Source: Octopus bimaculoides (lineage: Eukaryota). From it: DNA of 64,000 nucleotides. Location: NCBI RefSeq assembly GCF_001194135.2, contig NC_068994.1, positions 55,521,038 through 55,585,037 on the forward strand. Reading direction: 5' to 3'. The notes under the pieces are model-generated. The model was given only the letters and a program-made list of their open reading frames with translations. It made no database searches and was not told where the DNA came from. A program made the translations under genes and the position numbers. Below, piece by piece: positions 53,018 to 64,000 of the stretch. The number at the start of each line of letters is the position of its first letter. Positions within the stretch are counted from its first letter, which is position 1.

Positions 53018-53628
53018 ATTAAATTGCATTTGCAGATATGAGCTCTAATTGTATGTGTCTATGAATGAGTTTATAAGAGTGTGTGTTTAGGTATGTCTAT
53101 GTATATGTTCTTCTATGTCTACTTGAGAAGATCTTATCAACGTGTGGATATGTAGGAGAGTGCACGCGTACGGTGTCTGCGTATATGTGTGCATATGTGT
53201 ATATGGGTGAACATTGTATTTGAATGTATGCATGCATGTATATATATATATATATGCGTACACTCAAATGCACTGTTCGCCCTGTGTGTGTTTGTGTGCC
53301 AGTGTGCGTGTGCCTGTGTGTATATGAGTGTAATGTGTTTCTGCGTATGTATGTGTTGTGTGTGTGTCTGCACATGTGTACATGGGGAGATGGAATATCA
53401 GGGTGTGTGTGTGTTCGTATATTTGTGTTTGTTTTGTGTGGATGGAAGATATTGTTGCCGCACATCCATAACTTCCTGCCCATTTCCTCTGAGAATGATT
53501 ACTCTCACACGATTGTTTGACCTGTCATGCAAATGAGAAGACGTTGCTCGGTGACCTTTCAATGATGTTATTTCAATTACATCTGCCAGGCCACGACACA
53601 GCTTTTGCTTTCGTTGTTTGTATTGCAG

Positions 53629-53722
53629 AAAACAGCCTATTCAGAAATCACGGCTTAGAAACACAAAGCGAGAAAGGACGTCCATTACGTCGAGAGAACG
53701 AGAGAGAAACAGGAAGAGATAG
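53629..53722 (+). other. Candidate spliced exon (94 nt)
   Basis: Acceptor GCTTTTGCTTTCGTTGTTTGTATTGCAG| and donor AG|GTGAGT; one frame is open throughout (NSLFRNHGLETQSEKGRPLRRENERETGRD). Confidence 0.35.
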
Positions 53723-54214
53723 GTGAGTTGGTTTTTCAAAGAGAAATTAAAAAAGAGCAACAAAGAGACTGACGAACCGGATTCAATCTTATGACGTACT
53801 ATCGTATCAGCTTCCATTTCCAGTGCATTAGATCCCGAACTTAAATATAAGCTATATGCAGTATATTTTCATTAATGTTTAACATAAAACTTGAACTTTA
53901 TTACCGGTAGGAACTTATTTTTCTAATGATGGTAATGTAAATCCATCTATGTATGTAACCTGAAGTCTTCGTCACATAATCTATTACACTTTCTCTAAGT
54001 ATCTCATAACTCACGTCGCTCTTCATGCAAACAGTTCTCTGAAGCAATGGAACTCTAAAGAGTGAGTGAAAATTAGTTCTGATATATCACCATCGACAAT
54101 TATGATGAAATCAATGGATATGAATTGGTTTCAGAATGGAACAAGCAAGTTTGTATATTTTCGCTCGGCCGATTAGAAAGAGCTGCCCCATTTCTCTCAT
54201 ATTGCATCATAACT

Positions 54215-54291
<77 letters not shown>

Positions 54292-54476
54292 AGATATATT
54301 ACACAATAGGGATGCCGATGAACAAAATATCGGTATGGCTGTGATTGCAACACGTTTCAATACAAGTTTGTTTGATTTGGACTATTCAACATCAAAAAAA
54401 TGTCAGCAGCAACAATAGCGACCAGCCTACGTTTTTATTATCCATATTTCTGCACTTGAAAATAAAGTATGTATGC

Positions 54477-54940
<464 letters not shown>

Positions 54941-55632
54941 ACATACACATATAAATATATATATATACGTATATATATATATAAATTATGCATATAAGGA
55001 CGGACTGATAGATGGGAGATGCAAATATTCACAATAATGATTTATCTAGAAATAACAAAATCATCGTATGTACTATTAATACTGCAGACTTACATATATA
55101 TTCCTCGCGTCGCCAGAGAAATATCGAATCAGTAGCTGACGCAATGAAAACATTGATCGAACAATAAGATCGTTCAACATCTGCGTTAAAAAATATACAC
55201 CCTCCCCAAAATATAGGTAACAGCTTAGTTTAGAGTTTAATAACAATTGCCTGCAAGATATCATACAATCAGAACGATCGAATACAGATTATAGACAATG
55301 GATTGATTAGCATTTTATCCACAGAAAGATTTGTTTCGAACCGTGCAGGGAGAAGAACAGATTATGGAACAATCTAAAAACACGAGGAAGGATATATTTT
55401 TTTTTCTTTTATATTTCTTCACCGAAGTATTTAACATTTTTAGCTTAACAAACCGTATTCAGACTATGGATGTATGTGTGTGTGTGTATGTATAGATATC
55501 TTACATTCATATACAGGTGTGTGTGTTTGTGTGAATGTCTGATTCTCGATCGATCTATATACCTGTCTATCTGCCGACATATCTACCAACTTAGTTATGA
55601 ATCCTTATTTCTCTCTTTCTCTGTCTCTCTCT

Positions 55633-55707
<75 letters not shown>

Positions 55708-57139
55708 CGTGTGTGTGTGTGTGTATGTATATATATATGTATATATATGGGAAATTGATTTCGGTTTATTTGAATTGGTATGAATATTGGCATTTCATGG
55801 CTATTCTTATGTAATTTGAGATATTATTCGTTTGGTTATTTCCATATCAGATGCAATCAACCCATTGATAACAGCTAGCAGTTGGACTGAAACATTATTT
55901 GTAGCTTCTGGCCATAACTTCAAAATGTCTGCAGGACGGCAAACCTCGACGTCGTGACTTCAAACAAACAACGTGTGGCAAACAAGATCGATATCTACTT
56001 GTTTACACACACACACACACACACACATTTATGTATATGTATATGTATACATATATATAATATGTATATGCTTCAACATACATATCCATATGTATATATA
56101 TATATATATATATACATATATGCATTTGTGTGTCTATGTTTGTGTGTGTTTGTGTGTGTTTAGTTGTATTTTATCTGTTAGGATTTTAGCAAAGAATGTC
56201 AACTTTAGCTTATCTTCTTGTTTACGGCTTTCAATCATTGAACAGCAGCTACGTATATATATTATGTTTTCTTTTATTAATGGTGATGTTACATAAATGA
56301 ACACCTTATAGTTTCGTGCAACACTACTTACAACACTGAGAATTTGTATTATCATATCTAATGATATATCTATATATACATACCATATATGTGTTTGTAT
56401 ATATATATATATATNNNNNNNNNNNNNNNNNNNNNNNNNNNNNNNNNNNNNNNNNNNNNNNNNNNNNNNNNNNNNNNNNNNNNNNNNNNNNNNNNNNNNN
56501 NNNNNNNNNNNNNNNNNNNNNNNNNNNNNNNNNNNNNNNNNNNNNNNNNNNNNNNNNNNNNNNNNNNNNNNNNNNNNNNNNNNNNNNNNNNNNNNNNNNN
56601 NNNNNNNNNNNNNNNNNNNNNNNNNNNNNNNNNNNNNNNNNNNNNNNNNNNNNNNNNNNNNNNNNNNNNNNNNNNNNNNNNNNNNNNNNNNNNNNNNNNN
56701 NNNNNNNNNNNNNNNNNNNNNNNNNNNNNNNNNNNNNNNNNNNNNNNNNNNNNNNNNNNNNNNNNNNNNNNNNNNNNNNNNNNNNNNNNNNNNNNNNNNN
56801 NNNNNNNNNNNNNNNNNNNNNNNNNNNNNNNNNNNNNNNNNNNNNNNNNNNNNNNNNNNNNNNNNNNNNNNNNNNNNNNNNNNNNNNNNNNNNNNNNNNN
56901 NNNNNNNNNNNNNNNNATATATATATATATAATTTGAATGTGAGATGAAAATGCGAGGAATCCGGAAAGGCTGTAACAAAATCTCTGAAGCGTGAACGTA
57001 CACTTGTAGAGGATATGATTAACCGAGCAGAAAAGTCACCTGACAATATACCAGTCGACATTGCTCGTGTTGAAGCTTGCTAAGCGCAGTTGTGTGAGGT
57101 AACCTGCAGAGTAACCGTTGTTCTCTGCACCCCAGAGAA

Positions 57140-57215
57140 CTCAGAACATAGAGACAGACGAAATAGCGCTAAGCATACCGCCGGGCGTGCTAACGTTTCT
57201 GCTAGCTCCCCACCT
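57140..57215 (-). mobile_element. SINE family A 5' fragment
   Basis: AACTCAGAACATAGAGACAGACGAAATAGCGCTAAGCAT..GCTAACGTTTCTGCTAGCTC. Confidence 0.75.
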
Positions 57216-57727
57216 TTGTTCACTTTCTAAATAAACTCTATCATCAACGAATGTAGACTGTCACAGTCTCACTTCAAGATGTCAAGGCTATTATGTGTGT
57301 GACTGCTTCTTTTAATGGCAAATAATGCATAGACATTATCGCCAGTTTAATCTATATCTTAACACTGCAATACAAAATGTTATTCATATAATTATAAATC
57401 ATGAGGTCCCGTATTTATTTCTGTTTTCTCTTTTCTTTTAAGCAAGTGTCAATGTTGTGTATTTATTTTAGTATATGTGCTGTGTTATGAGTAATGCCGC
57501 TATAATTAGATTCATTAATAAACTATCTATAAAAAGATTTCTCAATAAATCGGTTGTGTTGTTTGTTGTCAACTAATTTCGACGCTTATAGTAACGTTAT
57601 GTATGTGTATGCTTACCAAGTTAAATGAAACATACACACACACACACACACACACAAACATACACACACACACATGTACATACGATGTATATGTGTGTGT
57701 TTGTACACCTACATACTTATATATTTA

Positions 57728-57868
57728 AGCTTGCTTCCCAACCACATGTTTCCGGCTTCAGTCCCACTACGTGGCACCTTGGGCAAGTGTCTTCTACTAT
57801 AGCCTCCGTTCGACCAAAAGTCTTGTGAGTGGATTTGGTAAACGGAAGCTGAAAGAAGCTCGTCGTGT
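57728..57868 (+). mobile_element. CORE-like SINE head
   Basis: AAGCTTGCTTCCCAACCACATG..GGCACCTTGGGCAAGTGTCTTCTACTATAGCC..GAAAGAAGCTCGTCGT. Confidence 0.85.
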
Positions 57869-59239
57869 ATATATATGTATATATATCATTTAGTACCTCG
57901 ATACTAGGTAGCTGAATATTTGAGTAAAATAAATGCTTATGATGCCTTTTGAAGCATAATTTCGAATTGCACCATTTCTATAGTGATACACAACTAATGA
58001 CTTGCACATTTGCAACAATATATACTCAATAATATTGACAAACACATCGAAATATTCATGTTGAACTGCACATCAGCATTTGATTGGACTTCACACAAAT
58101 TGTTGGAAAATGGTTCACATTTTCATCTAATCGTTACTATTAGCAAAATCATTTGAATTTATTAATTTAGCATCAAGTTTAACGGTGCTAGACAAACTGA
58201 CAGAAGAGATATGAAAATCATATGTGAATTTAGATAAAGTTCAATAGCAGATGTCTTCAACAACTAGACTGGTCCGTAAAATTTTATGCAATCACTCATG
58301 CCTGGATTATTAGTAACTCACAAGTATACCATAGTATAGGACTCTGGTATTTATTACTTACTCACTCTTTTTCGCTCTATATTTATCATTCATCTCTGCA
58401 CCATCACACAAAATGTTCAACTATATTCCTGGTTGAGTGCAATATTTACTTACAGAACCAGGCTACAATGTGTTAAATTTTGTTTTCTTGACTCTAGACT
58501 TTCTGAATGGCACACCTAACCGAAAATAAACTCGAATCGTTTTAGCAATGTTACACACCTTATGATAAGCCGTAGGTACTTGCTTTTTGAAAAAGCTTGC
58601 CCATTCCTGCACTAGTTTCTATTTTGTCATAATAATTCGGAACGGACGTTTTCTAATATCAACAATTAACAATGAAACGGATAATGAACCCTAACGACTG
58701 TTTACTCCTACAAAATCCTTTGTTTTACCCAGTTAATCTTCCTGTTAAATATGTATAATAATAATTACTTTGTACCTGTGTATTAATAGCCTGTTAAATT
58801 CGTGTATTATTTCAAGTAATTAACGTTAATTGTTGTTTATGTCACAAAATCTTCGGAGTTAGTAGAGAATTTGAACTCTCTTTAGTTTATTTGCCAACCG
58901 AATCCTCATAAAATATGTAAATGACTCTTTTACAGTAAGTGTTCGGCACTGCAGATGAAAACTGATAGCTTAATTTGAGAAATTAAAGCATTGCTATTAA
59001 TTCATAATTAACTTAAACAACATTAATTTAATTTAAAATACGATAATTGATTTAGCTATAAAATTACACTTCGTTTAGTTTTCTTCTTTACTTTTGTAAA
59101 CATGACTGTATTCAGTTTTTGATTCTATTCAAAGTTTGGTTTCATAATTTCTGATGAATTCATTGCTGTTTGTTTGGCACCGGATGTAAAGTAATCAGGT
59201 CCTTTAGTCTTCCTGCACCTTCTCGATACCAAATTTCAG

Positions 59240-59533
59240 CAAATATTTTGGTTTGTGTTGTGTTTCTGGAGGAAGCGAGGAAAGGGTCGACCTACCTGGT
59301 GGGGCTGCGCAGGCGGAAGTGCCTCCGCTTGTGAGCATGAATGCTGGGGTCCAGGCAGAAAGTGAAGTGTGCGAGCTTGAAGCCAGCTCCTTGCTTTCAC
59401 TCAAAGCAGACCACCAATATCCAACCTGCGCCAGACACGCCCGAGTACGCCTCGAACATAGTCAGACATAGCGAGCCTCGTCTTCTTCCATGTTATGTGT
59501 TTAGTCATCGTTGACAACGACGGACGAACTGAG
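59240..59533 (+). other. Candidate exon in a CpG/GC-rich island
   Basis: Acceptor ..CTTCTCGATACCAAATTTCAG| and donor GAG|GTAAGC; locally high GC and CpG; not similar to any repeat family seen in this window. Confidence 0.35.
59300..59325. promoter_or_regulatory. Adjacent NRF1-like (TGCGCAGGCG) and ETS/GABP (CGGAAGTG) motifs
   Basis: Motifs at 59306-59315 and 59314-59321; a second ETS-like CCGGATGT at 59180-59187. Motif match only. Confidence 0.3.
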
Positions 59534-59638
59534 GTAAGCAAGATAAGTTAGTAAGACACTACATGAATAAATGAAGTGTGTACGAAACGTACGTACTGCT
59601 ATAACCTATTGAATTTTTGTTGCTTTTCTTCAAATATA

Positions 59639-59688
<50 letters not shown>

Positions 59689-60493
59689 TATGTGTTTGTG
59701 TATGTGTTTGTGTATGTGTGTGTGTGTGTATGTGTGTATGCAAGCTCTATCTGTGTGTCTGGAAATAGGTAACAGCAGCCTTGAGAAACGTATGTTCAAT
59801 AAATAAATCGAAAATTATTTTTCTTCTTTTCCGAATTTCAACTCTTAAATTCCTTTCAATATTGAACAAGTTCTTCGGAATATTTCCGATAAATTCTATA
59901 ACTCTTTGATTCTCCCCTATCTGACATCTCTGGTAAAATGATGAAACCCCTTTTCTTTCAAGAAAGAACTCTTTCTAGTCTTTTAATCTTTCGATATCTT
60001 GTGGATTTTGTGCCTCGGAGTTACGACTTTAGAATTTTAGCTGCAAGCACCTCGCTTTATCTTACCATCTTATCAAAAGTACTTCGGAAGCTGTAACATA
60101 GTTTTCGATTTGTGTCAAGTGAAGATAGATACATCGCTGCTAGATACACGCACACGCATACACACACACACACACACGCGCGCGCGCCCGTGCGTGCACA
60201 CAACACACTCTCACTCAATCATATACACACACATGTGCACAAATACACACACTCTCATACATATACAAAATCACATATGCATACATAATCATACAAACAG
60301 CCGATAACACGCACAAACACAAACATACTCACGTATGGAAATGTACACGTTGTTTTTGGAGCTGAATTTCGTTGAATATACGTATGTATGTATGTATGCA
60401 CGTATGTATGTGCGCGTGCGTGCATGTATGTATATATGTATGTATGTATGTATGTCCCACTCTCTCTACCTACCTACCTACCTACCTATTTAC

Positions 60494-60671
<178 letters not shown>

Positions 60672-61593
60672 TTGCGTGTGTGTGAGTGTGTGTGTATGAA
60701 TACATATGCGTGTTTATATGTACATCATTTTGTGTGTGAGTTCACGTTAGTAACAAACTAAGATACGATTGTTGCACATCTTAATGGCGTACGAATAGTT
60801 TCTTCTAATATTGGAATACCGTTAATACGATGCCAGTGGTTTCTGGCGAGTAGAATGACAATTATTCCTTCTTACTCTAAACAACGGTTGTAGCTCGGCA
60901 TGCTGTACATGTATATATATATATATATNNNNNNNNNNNNNNNNNNNNNNNNNNNNNNNNNNNNNNNNNNNNNNNNNNNNNNNNNNNNNNNNNNNNNNNN
61001 NNNNNNNNNNNNNNNNNNNNNNNNNNNNNNNNNNNNNNNNNNNNNNNNNNNNNNNNNNNNNNNNNNNNNNNNNNNNNNNNNNNNNNNNNNNNNNNNNNNN
61101 NNNNNNNNNNNNNNNNNNNNNNNNNNNNNNNNNNNNNNNNNNNNNNNNNNNNNNNNNNNNNNNNNNNNNNNNNNNNNNNNNNNNNNNNNNNNNNNNNNNN
61201 NNNNNNNNNNNNNNNNNNNNNNNNNNNNNNNNNNNNNNNNNNNNNNNNNNNNNNNNNNNNNNNNNNNNNNNNNNNNNNNNNNNNNNNNNNNNNNNNNNNN
61301 NNNNNNNNNNNNNNNNNNNNNNNNNNNNNNNNNNNNNNNNNNNNNNNNNNNNNNNNNNNNNNNNNNNNNNNNNNNNNNNNNNNNNNNNNNNNNNNNNNNN
61401 NNNNNNNNNNNNNNNNNNNNNNNNNNNNNNNNNNNNNNNNNNNNNNNNNNNNNNNNNNNNNNNNNNNNNNNNNNNNNNNNNNNNNNNNNNNNNNNNNNNN
61501 NNNNNNNNNNNNNNNNNNNNNNNNNNNNNNNNNNNNNNNNNNNNNNNNNNNNNNNNNNNNNNNNNNNNNNNNNNNNNNNNNNNNNNNNNNNNN

Positions 61594-61633
<40 letters not shown>

Positions 61634-62748
61634 TTCATTTGTGAATAGATGTGATGTGTATATAGCCGAAATTGCATTCGAGGCCATAGATAATACAGAA
61701 AAAGTAAGAAAACTTTCCAGCAGCGTAAACGTTATGCTTTAGCTGAAAAATTTATATCCTGCTTACTGGGACTGAATAAAACTTCTGTGCGTTGTGCAAT
61801 CACGTTGGTGTTTAACCCCATGCCGGGAGACTTGTTTGAATATCTGAAACAACAACCTCCGCTAAGTGCACTCACCGAATTGCAGGCGACATGAAAGAAG
61901 ACGGTGTCTGCACATCAAAAACATGGGATTGATTTTCTATGCAGATGTTCAGTTTCTCTTATACCACAAGTGTAATAAACAATCCTAGACGAAAAAAAAA
62001 TCTAAACTCTTCAAGAGGTTTGAACTCTGAAACGTAAAGCACCGCGAGTGAACGATGCCAGCTATTTAACCTGATGCATACCATTTCTGCAATGCACTTT
62101 CCGTCTCTATTACAGCAGTGAATAAAGATCTAGATAATAGTCTTAGGTAACGCTAAAAGATACCTAATATTAGCAGCATGGCTTTCCATTTATATCAAGT
62201 GACGCTACATAAAACTGAAGACGCACACAAACGCACACGTACGAACGTAGCTACACACTTACATACACGCATAAATTTAAGTGATGTTATGCAGACCGAG
62301 TTAAAAACAACTGGAGGCATAAAAACATATATATTCAAATAAACATAGCAATATGCCTCGAGTTGTTTTTAATTCAGTTAGACAACATAAACATTATATT
62401 AATTCATATCGCCCTAAACTGTTGTGTGTGGTGCTCTTTCGGTTGAATTTGCTTCAAGTTGCCTTCCTGAAATATATTCGGAGTAAAACACAGACAAACA
62501 GACATACATACACACACACACACACAGACACACACACAGACACACACAAACATACACACACATACAAATAGATTAATGCATATACATACATAGAAGTGAA
62601 TGTATGAGGAGTGTATATGAGTGAGGGTATAAATATATATATATATATATACGGTACAAAAATAAATAAAGATGACGAGGACGAGGTAAAAAGAAACAAA
62701 CAGGGTCTATTAGGTTGGTGCTCAGGGAAATAGGAAAAAGCTTTAACG

Positions 62749-62787
<39 letters not shown>

Positions 62788-62826
62788 GTATCATCGTCGT
62801 TGGCGTTTTATCATGTGTCCGATAAA

Positions 62827-62907
<81 letters not shown>

Positions 62908-63514
62908 TAAATATGTGTGTGCGCACAACAGTGTGTAACGCTTTCTCTGATTAGGCAGAATGATAAGTTTTCTTACATAGACTGTAGCAATAGCATGCCT
63001 GCCTTGTGTTTTATCCATCAAGTACAGCTGATAGAAAGAAAGTTTGTGAATCTGAAAATTTCCCCAAGCTCTCTAAAGACTGTAATCAAATTCAAATGGA
63101 CTCTACATCACTCTTTCTGCTTCCTCGACACTCATCTCTAATATATATATAATTCAGTTAGAGGTTATGCTAGCTTCGTGAAGAGATGGTGCCATCCACG
63201 GAAATACTGGTTCAATACTTAATATTTGTGTGTAGGAATTGATATCGTTCAAATAATAGGTTTATATATAAACTTTAGTTTATCACCATGTAAAGGTCGA
63301 AGAAGAAAATGGAGATGAGTCTACAAAGAAACACACAAAATATCCAAGGGTATATATTTTCCCTCTGAAGAGATTATGCTCAGAAATATAAATTTAATAT
63401 TCAATTAATTTCAATGTCTATAACTGAAACAGCTGTAAGGGATAATGATCGGTTTGTTGCTTCTGTATTTCATTCTTCTTTCTCTCTCGCTCTCTCTCTC
63501 TCTCTATATATATA

Positions 63515-63660
63515 TATACGACAAACTTCTTTCATTTTTCATCTACCAATTCCACTTACGAGCCTTTGGTCGGCCCGAGGCTATAGTTGGAAGACACTGG
63601 CCCAAGTTGCCAAATTGTGGTGCTGAACTACAAACCAAGTGGCTGGAAGTCAACTTCTTA
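63515..63660 (-). mobile_element. Degenerate CORE-like SINE head
   Basis: CTACCAATTCCACTTACGAGCCTTTGGTCGGCCCGAGGCTATAGTTGGAAGACAC is the reverse complement of the family body. Confidence 0.75.
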
Positions 63661-64000
63661 TCATTGACCTGTGCGAATATTACACGTTTGAAAATTGAAA
63701 GAAAACTGAATCGCCAATAGGCATGGCCGGAACGTGTGCCAATGTCCAGAAAGTTTATATATAAAAATATATTCCCTCAGATATTAAGTCGCGCTAGTCT
63801 TGTTTCATCCAAAGATTTTCTGAATTGTTGATAATTATTAGCGATTCAATTATCTGTATATTGATGAGGCTGCAATGAATATGTTTTACCAATGTGCGTG
63901 TTTCTGTGTCTGTGTGTATGATCGCTATATACACACGCGGACACACGGGAACATATACATATGTATATATGGATATAAAATATACATACATGCATATATA

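Noticed and set aside
56950-57083. 44-codon open frame EESGKAVTKSLKRERTLVEDMINRAEKSPDNIPVDIARVEAC*
   Set aside because: No acceptor or start context (a gap lies immediately upstream) and no recognisable domain.
61695-61892. Open frame ...LVFNPMPGDLFEYLKQQPPLS... resembling kinase subdomain V
   Set aside because: No other kinase motifs, weak splice sites, and a stop shortly after; probably chance.

Overview
This is AT-rich, non-coding eukaryotic DNA from a draft assembly, with 11 larger N-gaps (most flanked by (TA)n) and dozens of microsatellites. The repeat families and overall texture look like an octopus (coleoid cephalopod) genome; that is my recognition, not a database result. I can support no intact protein-coding gene, and nearly all ORFs in the track are microsatellite or N artefacts. 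Recognisable content: (1) about 18 copies of tRNA-derived SINE family A, some in head-to-tail chains; (2) a CORE-like SINE with an internal microsatellite and a second module; (3) two further tRNA-SINE families, one nested in the other with a 13-bp TSD; (4) the 3' end of an R4/Dong-type LINE; (5) a Tc1 remnant and two mariner remnants; (6) short Penelope-like remnants with minimal hammerhead ribozyme motifs. The hammerheads are the most interesting signal. Three different catalytic-core variants occur (CUGAUGA, CUGUUGA, UUGAAAA), each with a palindromic stem III that implies dimeric folding, and one lies in a ~260-bp inverted-repeat element with TSD-like flanks. There are also a few candidate spliced exons and a CpG-rich promoter-like island near 59.3-59.5 kb, all low to moderate confidence. 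Family letters A-D are my own labels.
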